From contig JAXLYP010000017.1 of assembly GCA_046351395.1 (NCBI GenBank), positions 1,508 through 65,507 of the forward strand: DNA of 64,000 bases, in the 5' to 3' direction. Positions 1 to 9,234 of this stretch are shown here, piece by piece; the first letter of the stretch is position 1, and every line of letters starts with the position of its first letter. The translations under genes were made by a program, and so were the position numbers. This stretch comes from Polyangiaceae bacterium (lineage in GTDB: Bacteria; Myxococcota_A; Polyangia; Polyangiales; Polyangiaceae). The notes beneath the pieces are model-generated. The model searched no databases, was not told where the DNA came from, and saw only the letters and a program-made list of their open reading frames with translations.

Positions 1-210
1 GATCAGGCACGCCGAGCGTGTAGACGTCGAGGAAGAGCCGAGCTGCCCCATACCCCGAGAGGAACGAGTGGTGGAACGCGTCACGCGCCGAGCCAGCCGG
101 CGCCACCAGGGTCGCCTCGTGCCAGGTGTGCCCGTCGTCCCGACCCTCCGGGTGACATCCCGCGCACCCCACGTCCGGGGCTCGACGGTAGAAGAGTCGC
201 CTGCCGCCGT

Positions 211-1593
211 TCACGTCCGGTCCGAGCGGGTCGTCGATGAGGTGGACTCGACGTGTCGGTGCGACGAGCGCGGCCGAGAGCGGCGGCGCAAGGGAGACGA
301 CGAAAGCTCGAACGACGACCGGCAGAACACGTAGGCGGTCCGCTCGTCCTTCGACAGCGCGACGCCGCTCGGGGCTCCGCCCGTGGAGTACGTTCGTACC
401 ACTGCGATGGAGGGGTCGGTGAACGCGGTGTCGAGCTCGACGAGCTGGTCCGCGCCCTCGCTCGCGACCAGCATCGTCCCGGCGCTGGGACGGAAAGTGG
501 CCGCGCGCGGCTCTACCATCGTGTTCACGTCCGACTCGATGACGCCCCACTTGCCCGCCAGCCACGACTGGCCGCGAGTCTTCATCAACTCCTCGGCGCC
601 CTTCTCGAACGTCACGGGGAGCCCGTCCCTGCGGCGTGGGGCGAGCGGCTTGTCGTTCGACGTCAGGAGCACGTCCACCGTCGGGACGCCGAACCACGCG
701 TCCTTCCCCAGCGCGCCGAGGGCGTGCCGCGGGAAGTAGACCCGGTCCCCGCCGTCCGATGCGACTGCGACGTATCCGAGCGACGCGGACAATGTCTCCT
801 TCGACGGCGACCGGAGCGGCGCGGCGGGCAGGTCGATCCGCTTCACTGTCGGCGCCTCCGCGCGGAGCGCGTCGACGCGCGTTACGCCTGCGCCGACGAG
901 GTGAGAGACATACGCGGTGTCGCCGCTCGGCAGGATGGTGACGCCCCGCGGCTCTCGCGCCGTGTCCACCGACCAGCGGACAGTGCGCTTCTCCACGTCG
1001 ATCGCAGACAATCGGTGCGTCCACGCGCTCGTAAGCAGCGCGAGCGTTCCGTCCGGGGACAGCCCGAGGCCCCACGCGTCCGGAGGCAGCGCGACCCGAC
1101 CGACCTCGGTGAGGTCCACGCCATCACCCTTTCGCTCGAACACGACGAGCGCCCCCTCCGCCGACGCGTCGCCGTCGACCCGACGCACGACGACGAGCAC
1201 GCGCCGCCCCGACACTACGAGCGACGCGGGACGACCCGGGAGCGGCGTCGTCACGACCGAGGGGGTCCTCGTGAGCGGGAGCGCGAGCGCGTGCAGACAC
1301 GTCGCGTCCTCGTCGGCGATGAAGAGCGCGTCCTCCTCGGGCGTTCGCGCGATCGTGGAGCCTTCGCGCACCGGTGTGGCCGGCGCGGCGATGGGCGCCA
1401 CGCGAGGCGGCGCATCGGGCGCGCCGCTCGTGGTCGCGTTGCTGCTCGACGCTCCGCTCGTCGCGGCGGTCGGCGTTGGCGGCGCCGCTCGTTCTGCGCA
1501 GGCTCCCGCGAACCCGGCACCGACTGCAGCCACGGCGAGCGCTGTGACCCACCGGTCGTGCGGCCGCCGCCCTCCCCTCCGCTCGTCGTTCAT
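211..1593 (-). CDS. Lipoprotein with YVTN-type beta-propeller repeats; 3' end uncertain (possible frameshift into a cytochrome c-like CxxCH region)
   Basis: ORF 211..1869(-) trimmed to the in-frame ATG at 1593. The N-terminus MNDERRGGRRPHDRWVTALAVAAVGAGFAGAC is a signal peptide plus lipobox. The body has repeated beta-propeller strand motifs (DGTLALL, SGDTAYVSH, SDGGDRVYF, SKDERTAYVF). The last ~40 aa are Arg/Ser low complexity. A different frame over 1..330 reads ...VHLIDDPLGPDVNGGRRLFYRRAPDVGCAGCHPEGRDDGHTWH (CxxCH) and runs off the window. Confidence 0.55.
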   Translation of the reverse strand: MNDERRGGRRPHDRWVTALAVAAVGAGFAGACAERAAPPTPTAATSGASSSNATTSGAPDAPPRVAPIAAPATPVREGSTIARTPEEDALFIADEDATCLHALALPLTRTPSVVTTPLPGRPASLVVSGRRVLVVVRRVDGDASAEGALVVFERKGDGVDLTEVGRVALPPDAWGLGLSPDGTLALLTSAWTHRLSAIDVEKRTVRWSVDTAREPRGVTILPSGDTAYVSHLVGAGVTRVDALRAEAPTVKRIDLPAAPLRSPSKETLSASLGYVAVASDGGDRVYFPRHALGALGKDAWFGVPTVDVLLTSNDKPLAPRRRDGLPVTFEKGAEELMKTRGQSWLAGKWGVIESDVNTMVEPRAATFRPSAGTMLVASEGADQLVELDTAFTDPSIAVVRTYSTGGAPSGVALSKDERTAYVFCRSSFELSSSPLRRRSRPRSSHRHVESTSSTTRSDRT

Positions 1594-1957
1594 CGTGGTG
1601 GAGGATACGCTCGACGGCGGGCGCCTCTGCCTTTCTATGCGCTCGGTGACGGCGCGCGCGGCGCCGGGGCCGCGCTGCGGCCGGCCGCAGCAGCGTGACA
1701 GTGGCCTCTCGTCCTCCGCCGATCGAGCGACTTGTTTCGAATGCGGGATCCGTCGAATGCGGCGGGGAGCCTTAGAGCGGCGGCGCAACAGGAGCGGGGC
1801 GAAGAGCGTGCGGGCCGATCGCGGAAAGGCGTTCGTGGTCGTTCGACGGCGGAGGTCGATGTGGCCCACGTTCGGCGATTCTTGCGCGGCCCGTAGGGGT
1901 TTCGTGGGGCTTGGTCGTGTGCGACCCTACTCGTTCGTGTCGACGCTCGAAGTGGGG

Positions 1958-3499
1958 ATGCTGTTCGCGGGACGCTATCGTGTCGTCCAGCGGATCGGTG
2001 TCGGCGGCATGGGCGCGGTCTACGAGGTCGTGCACGTCGAGACGGATCGGCGCCGTGCGATGAAGGTGATGCACGCGCACGTCGTCGAGAGCCCGGAGCT
2101 CCGTGCGCGCTTCAAGCTCGAGGCGCGGGTCGCAGCGCAGATCGACAGCGAGAGCCTCGTCGATGTGTTCGACGCGGGCGTCGACGTCGCGACCGGGATG
2201 CCGTTCCTCGTGATGGAGCTTCTCCGCGGTGAGGAGCTCGGCAAGCGCGTCGCGCGCTTGGGGCGCCTCGCTCCCGGCGAGGTCGTCGCGCACCTGCGCC
2301 AGGTCGGCCGCGCGCTCGAGAAGACGCACCGTGCGAACATCGTCCACCGGGATCTCAAGCCGGAGAACCTGTTCCTCCACGCAAAGGAGGACTCCGCACC
2401 GCGCGTGAAGATCCTCGACTTCGGGATCGCGAAGTTCGTCGCCGACGTCTCGACGCAGACCGGCGGGACGAAGAGCCTCGGGACGCCGCTCTACATGGCG
2501 CCCGAGCAGTTCCTCACGAAGCCGCCGTCCCCCGCGAGCGATCTCTATGCGCTCGCGCTCGTGACGTACACTCTGCTCGTCGGCTCGCCGTACTGGTGGG
2601 AGGAGACGCAGAGCGGCACGAACCTGATCGCCTTCGCGCTGGTCGCCGCGAAGGGCCCGGTCGAGCTGGCGACGGCACGCGCCGCGCGGCGAGGGGCCAC
2701 GCTCCCGCCCGCGTTCGACGCGTGGTTCGCGCGGGCGACGAACGCCGATCCAGCGTCGCGGTACGCGAGCGCGATCGAGATGGTCGAGGGCCTCGCCGCC
2801 GCGTTCGGCTTCCCGGTCGACGCGTCCACGAGCTCCGGGGCAACGCCGTTCTCTGCGACCGTGGCCGCGCCGAGCGGCGCGACGGGCCCCTCGCCGGAGC
2901 TCGTCACGGGGGCGGGGCGGGACGCCCTCACGGGGCCGGTGGACCACACGACCCCGGAGCCCGCTCGCTCGAGCGGCCCCACCACGGCGCAGCGCCTGGA
3001 GAGCGCGCCCTCGGTCGCGAAGACGAACCCTGTCGGGCCCCGACAGAGCTCGTCGCGCCTCCTCCTGGCCGTCGTGCTCGCCGCGGGGATCTCGGCGGCC
3101 GTCGTCCTCCTCGTCGTGAAGCTCGGCTCGTCTCCTCCTTCCGGAGCCGCGACTGGGTCGGCGGTCGTCGCGAACGCGACCGCGCTGTCCACCGACACCG
3201 CGTCGGCGAGGCTCACGGTTCCGATCGCGCCGCAGCCGAGCGACACCGCCCTCACGCCCGCGCCGAACGCGAGCGCCGCTCCGAGCGTGAGCGCCGCTCC
3301 GAGCGTGAGCGCCGCTCCGACCACGGCGCCCGCGCAGCCGCGCCGGCCGAAGCTCCGCAGCCGCGGCGTGAGGTGCACCGGGGCCGAGCCTGGCCGCTGC
3401 GTGTTCTGCTGCCAGCTCGAAGGCGACATCATGGGTCCGCCGCCGAACTGCGAATGTCTGTTCGATGGCGAGAAGTGGGATCGGGAGCACGGCGGCTGA
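1958..3499 (+). CDS. Ser/Thr protein kinase (Hanks-type) with Pro/Ala-rich linker, TM segment and Cys-rich C-terminal tail
   Basis: ORF 917..3499 trimmed to ATG 1958 (MLFAGRYRVVQRIGVGGMGAVYEV). Kinase motifs seen: the G-rich loop, AMKVMH (the catalytic Lys), HRDLKPEN, DFG and the APE motif. A TM helix LLLAVVLAAGISAAVVLLVV follows. The tail is CVFCCQLEGDIMGPPPNCECLFDGEKWDREHGG. Confidence 0.85.
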   Translation: MLFAGRYRVVQRIGVGGMGAVYEVVHVETDRRRAMKVMHAHVVESPELRARFKLEARVAAQIDSESLVDVFDAGVDVATGMPFLVMELLRGEELGKRVARLGRLAPGEVVAHLRQVGRALEKTHRANIVHRDLKPENLFLHAKEDSAPRVKILDFGIAKFVADVSTQTGGTKSLGTPLYMAPEQFLTKPPSPASDLYALALVTYTLLVGSPYWWEETQSGTNLIAFALVAAKGPVELATARAARRGATLPPAFDAWFARATNADPASRYASAIEMVEGLAAAFGFPVDASTSSGATPFSATVAAPSGATGPSPELVTGAGRDALTGPVDHTTPEPARSSGPTTAQRLESAPSVAKTNPVGPRQSSSRLLLAVVLAAGISAAVVLLVVKLGSSPPSGAATGSAVVANATALSTDTASARLTVPIAPQPSDTALTPAPNASAAPSVSAAPSVSAAPTTAPAQPRRPKLRSRGVRCTGAEPGRCVFCCQLEGDIMGPPPNCECLFDGEKWDREHGG

Positions 3500-3625
3500 T
3501 CCAGCTCGTCGGTGCTGCGGGATCGCGACCCGACCGCGACGGTCGCGGCCCCGCAGTGGCGGAGCCGTCTATCGCCGAGCCTCTGTGTGAGGCGAAAGCG
3601 GCTGGGTCGCGAGGAGAGCCTCGTC

Positions 3626-6600
3626 TCAGATGGTCTCCGTGGGAGGGGCGGGCGTGGCGAGGAGCTCGTGCACCGCCGATCGCAGGTCGCTCATCGAGTA
3701 GGGCTTCGAGAGCAACGAAACCGCCTGGTGCTCGACCCCGTACCGGACGACGGCGTCGTCCGGGTAGCCGCTCGTGTAGAGGACACGGATGTGGGGGTGG
3801 GTCGAGGCGAGCGCTTGCGCGAGAGACCGACCATCCATCCGGGGCATCACGACGTCGGTGACGAGCGCGTGGATCGGCCCCTGATGCCGCCGCGCGAGCT
3901 CGAGTCCCTCGACCCCGTCACACGCTTGGAGGACGGTGTACCCCGCGGCCAAGAGCGCGCGCGCGGCGATGCGCCGGATCGGCAGCTCGTCCTCGACGAG
4001 CAGCACGGTCGCGGAGGCGCGCTCTCCCCCGTGCGCTTGTGGTGCTCGGCGTGCTTCGACCGCTTCTTCCACGATCGGCAGGTACACGCGGAACGTGGCG
4101 CCAGCGCCGGGCTCGCTGCTCACCTCGACGTGGCCCCCGCTGCCGGACACGATCCCGTGCACCACGGAGAGCCCAAGCCCCGTTCCCCGCCCGACGCCCT
4201 TCGTCGTGAAGAACGGCTCGAACAGGTGCGCCTGCACGTCGGGCGTGATCCCCGAGCCGGTGTCGCTCACGGAGATCACGACGCACCCGCCGGCGCAGGG
4301 CCTTCGGCACTCGCCGTCCCTGGCGCGGCGGGTCGAGATCGTGAGGCGGCCGCCGCGGGGCATCGCGTCCCGTGCGTTGACGGCGAGGTTCATGAGCACC
4401 TGCGTGAGCCCGCCAGCATCGCTCTTCACGCGTACGGTCCCTGCGTCGAGCGCGATCGCGAGGTCGATGTCCTCGCCAAGGACCCGGCGGAGCATCTTCT
4501 CGGTCTCGAGGATCACGGCGTTGAGCTCGAGGACGCGCGGCTCGACGACCTCGCGACGGCTGAACGCGAGGAGTTGACGCGTGAGCGCCGCTGCGCGCTC
4601 GCCCGCCTCGCGGATCTCCCTTACGAGCGTCCCCCCGACGGACGACGGCGCAACCTCGTCCCCGAGCAGCTCGCAGCACCCGTGGATGACGGTGAGCAAG
4701 TTGTTGAAGTCGTGCGCGACGCCGCCCGCGAGGACGCCCACCGACTCCATCTTCTGCGTCTGCCGGAGCTGGGCCTCGAGCTCTCGACGCTCGGTGACGT
4801 CCTGCGCCGAGCCGGCGACGCGCACGACCCGGCCCGCGGCGTCCCGCACGGGGAACCCGCGATCGCGCACCCAGCGGACGACCCCGTCGGGGCGCACGAC
4901 GCGGTACTCCTCGTCGTACGTGCCCAATGTCTGCTTCGGGAGCGCCGCGATCACCCTCGCCCTGTCCTCCGCGTGGATCGCCTCGAGCCACGCTTGGGGG
5001 TTGTCGCGGAGCTCGCCCACTGGACGACCCCAGATCCGCTCGTAGCCGGGGCTCACGTAGACCATCTCGCGCTTGCCCGGATCCGTGAGCCAGAACGCCT
5101 CTTCGATCGTGTCGGCGAGCTGGCGAAAGCGCCCCTCGCTGTCCTTGAGAGCTTCCTCGACGTGCTTGCGCGCGGTGATGTCCTGGAGGACGACGAGCAC
5201 GTACACTTCGCCGCTCAGCGTCATCGACCTCGACGACACCAGCGTGTTCCGGATCTCGCCCGACGGCAGGTAGACCGGCACGTCGAAGAGGTCCGTGATC
5301 TCGCCGCCCATCGCGAGCTCCACCTTGAACGCGGCGCGCACCTCCGGGGGGCCGAACGGCAGGCTCGCGGTCGTCGCGCCGAGCGTCGCCTCCCGGGTCC
5401 GATCGAAGAGGCGGAGCGCCGCCTCGTTCACCTCGACGATTCGACTGTCCGCCGCGCGTACGAGGAGCTTCGCGATGGGGCTCTCTTCGAAGACGGTGGC
5501 GAATCGGCGCGTCGACTCCGCGAGGGCGTCCTCGAGTTGCCGCTCCGCGGTGAGGTCGGTCATCGCCGCCACCATTCCCCGGAGCGTGCCGTCCTCTCGC
5601 TTCAATGGCCCGACGGACAGTCGCACCGGCACGAGCCGGCCGTCGCGTGCGGAGCGTTCCGTGACCAAGTCGCGCACGATCTCGCCCCCCGCCACGGCTC
5701 TCCGAAGGGCGACGAGCTCTGCTTCGCGTTCGATGGGCAGCAGCATGAGCGGCTGCCCGAGGACCTCGTCCGCAGTCCACCCGAACACGCGCGTGGCCGC
5801 CGCGCTCCAGAGCACCATCTTGCTCGACGCGTCCATTGCCATGATCGGCATGGGGGCAGCGTCGACGATCGCCTTGACCTCCCCCAGCGCGAGGCGCTGC
5901 GCCTCCTCCCTGTCGCGTCGCTCGGTGACGTCGACCGAGAGGATGAAGATGCCCCGAGGCTGGGGCTGCACGCTCAGATCGAACCAGCGCACGCGCCCGT
6001 CCGGGAACGAGAACTCGGTCTCGAAGTGCGCTGGGACGCGGGAGCGCATGACCCCATCGAGGGTCGCGAAGAGCGGGGAGGCCTCGACACCCGGGTAGAG
6101 CTCGAGGACCGTCTTGCCCACCATTTGGTCCGGACGCAGCCCCGACTGCGCGCACACCGCCTCGTTCACGTAGAGGTAGCGCCAGTCGAAGTCGATGACC
6201 TGACACCCCTCGACCATGTGGTCCAGGAGCGAGCGGTAGAGCTCCTCCGCCCCACGCAGCTCCTCTTCGGTGCGCTTCTGCTCCGTGATATCGAGGACCG
6301 TCAGCAGCAAGCCCGTCCCGCCCTCCATGGGCACGGGGCTGATCCTCCCCTCGAACCAGCGCCTGCGCCCGTCGAGGAGGACGGCGCGTGGCGGGAGGTA
6401 CTGTTGCTCTCCGCGGCGAGCGTCGACGTGCTTCTGTCGGGCTTCGGCCGTCGCCTGCGGGAAGAGTTCGAAAATCTCCCGACCGAGGACGTCGTTCAAC
6501 CGTCGCCCAGCGGTCACGAGCCACGCGTCGTTCGCCATCATCACGTGGCCACGCGGGTCGAGCAGACAGAGACCGGCGCCGGCTTGGTCGAAGATCGTGT

Positions 6601-6658
6601 CGAGCAGGCTGGCGGCAGGTGGTTGGCTGGCGTTCGGTTGCTCCTCTACCCCAGCCAT
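3626..6658 (-). CDS. Hybrid sensor histidine kinase/response regulator with multiple PAS domains
   Basis: 1010-aa ORF. At least four or five PAS/PAC-like blocks, each followed by a coiled-coil (e.g. ...DITEQKRTEEELR, ...DVTERRDREEAQ, ...DLTAERQLEDAL, ...DITARKHVEEAL, ...DVTERRELEAQL). HisKA H-box VAHDFNNLLTVI. HATPase_c N/G boxes (NLAVNARDAM, DTGSGI, GLGLSVV). C-terminal receiver domain (LLVEDE...DVVMP...SGY). Confidence 0.9.
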   Translation of the reverse strand: MAGVEEQPNASQPPAASLLDTIFDQAGAGLCLLDPRGHVMMANDAWLVTAGRRLNDVLGREIFELFPQATAEARQKHVDARRGEQQYLPPRAVLLDGRRRWFEGRISPVPMEGGTGLLLTVLDITEQKRTEEELRGAEELYRSLLDHMVEGCQVIDFDWRYLYVNEAVCAQSGLRPDQMVGKTVLELYPGVEASPLFATLDGVMRSRVPAHFETEFSFPDGRVRWFDLSVQPQPRGIFILSVDVTERRDREEAQRLALGEVKAIVDAAPMPIMAMDASSKMVLWSAAATRVFGWTADEVLGQPLMLLPIEREAELVALRRAVAGGEIVRDLVTERSARDGRLVPVRLSVGPLKREDGTLRGMVAAMTDLTAERQLEDALAESTRRFATVFEESPIAKLLVRAADSRIVEVNEAALRLFDRTREATLGATTASLPFGPPEVRAAFKVELAMGGEITDLFDVPVYLPSGEIRNTLVSSRSMTLSGEVYVLVVLQDITARKHVEEALKDSEGRFRQLADTIEEAFWLTDPGKREMVYVSPGYERIWGRPVGELRDNPQAWLEAIHAEDRARVIAALPKQTLGTYDEEYRVVRPDGVVRWVRDRGFPVRDAAGRVVRVAGSAQDVTERRELEAQLRQTQKMESVGVLAGGVAHDFNNLLTVIHGCCELLGDEVAPSSVGGTLVREIREAGERAAALTRQLLAFSRREVVEPRVLELNAVILETEKMLRRVLGEDIDLAIALDAGTVRVKSDAGGLTQVLMNLAVNARDAMPRGGRLTISTRRARDGECRRPCAGGCVVISVSDTGSGITPDVQAHLFEPFFTTKGVGRGTGLGLSVVHGIVSGSGGHVEVSSEPGAGATFRVYLPIVEEAVEARRAPQAHGGERASATVLLVEDELPIRRIAARALLAAGYTVLQACDGVEGLELARRHQGPIHALVTDVVMPRMDGRSLAQALASTHPHIRVLYTSGYPDDAVVRYGVEHQAVSLLSKPYSMSDLRSAVHELLATPAPPTETI

Positions 6659-6876
6659 TAGATCGGAAAGAAGAGCACGGAACGTGCCGCGGCGGGAGCA
6701 GATCGTGGCCCCGCCAAAAGTGGAGTTCGCCCGATCTCGTCAGCAGGCGGCGCAAACATTGCGTCGGAGACGCACCCGTTGCCGCGCCACTCGCCTTCCA
6801 AGCGCAGCCTTTGGCGGAGAGCGTCTCACCGCGCGGCCGTCGCGCGGTGAGACCTTCCGGCCGCCAATCTCTCGCG

Positions 6877-9054
6877 CTACCCGCGCCGCCGCCTGCGCCG
6901 CGCAAGCGCCGCGCCGAGGAGGAGCGCAGAGACGCCGAGGACCTTGCCGCCATCCCCGTCGTGGACGTCGATGCGGCAGCTGCAGCCGCCACCCTCTGCC
7001 CCCGCGCCGCTGCCGGCGACGGGTTGGCAGGTCGCGCTGCACACGCCCTTGCCGTTGTCCGCGCCGAGGTCACAGACCTCGGTGGGCGCGTCGACGACCC
7101 CGTTGCCGCACGTCTCGTTGGAGGTGCAGGTCGCGTTGCAACCGTCTCCGCTCGTCTTGTTGCCGTCGTCGCAGGTCTCACCCGGGTCGACCACGCCATC
7201 GCCGCACGTCGGAAGCGCGCAATCCGCGGAGCAGCCGTCGCCGTCCGTGGTGTTGCCGTCGTCGCACGCCTCGCCGTTCTTCACGTCGACGTAGCCGTTG
7301 CCGCAGGTCTCGTTGGAGAAACAGTCGCTGCTGCACCCGTCGCCGGAGACGTTGTTCCCATCGTCGCAGGTCTCCGCGCCTTCGACCTCGCCGTTGCCGC
7401 AGAACTCGACCTTGCAGGTCGCGCTGCATCCGTCGCCGCCGGCGGTGTTGCCATCGTCGCACGTCTCGCCCTCCTTCACGTCGATGACGCCGTTGCCGCA
7501 CGTCTCGTCCGAGGCACAGAGCGCGCTGCATCCGTCGCCGTCGACCTTGTTGGCGTCGTCGCACGCCTCGCCCGCGTCGACGTGGCCGTCGCCGCACGTC
7601 GGGAGCGAGCAGTCGTTGTGGCAGTCGTCATTGTCGACCATGTTCCCGTCGTCGCAGCCTTCGCCGACCGCCACGTCGACGACGTGGTTGCCGCACGCCT
7701 CGTCGGACTTGCAGTCGGACGAACAGCCGTCCCCGCTGATCGTGTTGCCGTCGTCGCACGCTTCGCCGAGGTCGACGGTGCCGTTGCCGCAGTACTCGAT
7801 CTTGCAAGTCGGCGAGCAGCCGTCCCCTGGGAACGTGGCGCCGTCGTCGCACTGCTCGCCCGCCTCGCTGTCGACGACGTCGTTTCCGCACGTCTCGTCC
7901 GACTTGCAGTCGCTCGAGCACCCGTCGCCGCTCGTCGTATTGCCGTCGTCACACACCTCGCCCGGCCGAAGCAGCCCATCGCCGCAGAGCTCGACGTGAC
8001 ACGACGCCGAGCAGCCGTCGCCGCTCGTCGTGTTGCCGTCGTCGCACTGCTCGCCGACCGGACCGTCGACGATGCTGTTGCCGCAACCCTCCGTGGACGT
8101 GCACGTCGCGTTGCAGCCGTCGGCGCTCACGTTGTTGCCGTCGTCGCACGCCTCGCCTTTGGCGACGTCGACGATCCCGTTCCCGCAGATCTCGAGGGAC
8201 TTGCAGTCGCTCGAGCAGCCGTCGCCGCTCGTATTGTTGCCGTCCTCGCACGCCTCGAGGCCCTCCTTCACCCCGTCGCCGCACAGCTCGCGGTGGCAGA
8301 AGCGATCACAGCCGTCGCCGTTCGTCGAGTTGCCGTCGTCGCACTGCTCGCCCGCGTCGAGGATCCCGTCGTGATTGCAGAACCCCCAGACCCAGGTGTC
8401 CGCCATGGTCGTGATCCCGCCGACGTCATACTGTTGCCCCGCGAAGACGTCGTCGTTGCCGTAGGCCGCCATCGCGATCGGCACACCGAGCGTGTCGAGG
8501 CCGATGAACGAGTCGTCGTTGCTCGGCGTCCATCGGAGCTGCCCGATGAGCCCGCCGGAGCTGTTCCAGACGGTGAGGTATTGCGTGCCGTTGAACCCTG
8601 CGGTCAGGCCGACCTGCGTGACCGGAACCGAGAACGTCGCGACGAAGCCGAGGCTCCCGAACGATCCTGACGCTTCACCGCCGTTCGGGACCGGCAAGGG
8701 AAAGTAGACACTCGGGCCTGGTTGGTAGGTCGGCAAAAAGGCGCTGCCCGTGTTGGTCACGCCCGCGAGGATCGACGACAGTGCTCCCGAGCGCCACGTG
8801 AGGCCCCGGCCCGAATAGATCCCGGCGGGCACGAAGCCCGACGAGGCTTCGTTGAAGCGGCCGACTCCGATCCGCGCGACCTGCCGGCCGTCGGGTATGG
8901 CGATGACGGCTCCCTGGACGGTCACGTTTCCCGCGTGAGCAACGCCCGGCGCCGTGAGCGCGAGCATTCCGAGAAGTGGTGCGATGGTACTGGCGACGTT
9001 CGGGGCACGCAGGCCCCAGCGGCCACGAGCGAGTGCGGGCAATGACTGCTTCAA
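6877..9054 (-). CDS. Secreted protein with about 20 Myxococcus cysteine-rich repeats (TIGR02232-like) and a MYXO-CTERM-like anchor
   Basis: ORF 6877..9150(-). Tandem repeats of about 40 aa of the form CGNGxV(D/E)xGExCDDGNxxxGDGCSxxCxxE. The C-terminus GGGCSCRIDVHDGDGGKVLGVSALLLGAALARRRRRRG is a GC motif, a TM helix and an Arg tail, i.e. a MYXO-CTERM-type sorting signal. The start was placed at TTG 9054, which follows GGAGGTG (an RBS) and gives a signal peptide ...STIAPLLGMLALTAPGVAHA. The exact start is uncertain. Confidence 0.8.
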   Translation of the reverse strand: MKQSLPALARGRWGLRAPNVASTIAPLLGMLALTAPGVAHAGNVTVQGAVIAIPDGRQVARIGVGRFNEASSGFVPAGIYSGRGLTWRSGALSSILAGVTNTGSAFLPTYQPGPSVYFPLPVPNGGEASGSFGSLGFVATFSVPVTQVGLTAGFNGTQYLTVWNSSGGLIGQLRWTPSNDDSFIGLDTLGVPIAMAAYGNDDVFAGQQYDVGGITTMADTWVWGFCNHDGILDAGEQCDDGNSTNGDGCDRFCHRELCGDGVKEGLEACEDGNNTSGDGCSSDCKSLEICGNGIVDVAKGEACDDGNNVSADGCNATCTSTEGCGNSIVDGPVGEQCDDGNTTSGDGCSASCHVELCGDGLLRPGEVCDDGNTTSGDGCSSDCKSDETCGNDVVDSEAGEQCDDGATFPGDGCSPTCKIEYCGNGTVDLGEACDDGNTISGDGCSSDCKSDEACGNHVVDVAVGEGCDDGNMVDNDDCHNDCSLPTCGDGHVDAGEACDDANKVDGDGCSALCASDETCGNGVIDVKEGETCDDGNTAGGDGCSATCKVEFCGNGEVEGAETCDDGNNVSGDGCSSDCFSNETCGNGYVDVKNGEACDDGNTTDGDGCSADCALPTCGDGVVDPGETCDDGNKTSGDGCNATCTSNETCGNGVVDAPTEVCDLGADNGKGVCSATCQPVAGSGAGAEGGGCSCRIDVHDGDGGKVLGVSALLLGAALARRRRRRG

Positions 9055-9234
9055 GAAGACACCTCCATGAGCCAGGATCGCCGAGAGCCGCGGGTCGCCG
9101 CAATCGTCGGGTGGCGCGCGCCGATGTTGAAATGCCCATAGGGAACACATCGGCGTCGGTCGCGCGCGATGGCACGGAGCGGCGCGGACCCTCCGTGGTG
9201 TCGACGAGTCTCCGAACTTTGGCGCGCGCGAGGC

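Noticed and set aside
3526-3560. Inverted repeat cgcgacc(N10)ggtcgcg between the convergent kinase and histidine-kinase genes
   Set aside because: A 7-bp stem without a U-tract. It could be a terminator at this GC content, but the evidence is too weak to call as a feature.
3918-7199. 1093-aa ORF (-) and the overlapping ORFs 3512..6661(+), 6270..7487(+) and 6388..8670(+)
   Set aside because: Extremely Arg/Gly/Pro-rich, no motifs, and they lie antisense or out of frame relative to the well-supported histidine-kinase and Cys-repeat genes. These are typical spurious ORFs in 70% GC DNA.
9121-9150. ccgatgttgaaatgcc, resembling the gatcatgttgaaacgcc segment of the repeat element
   Set aside because: Only about 14 of 17 nt match and the TIR core (ctagagcacc) is absent nearby, so it is probably chance similarity.
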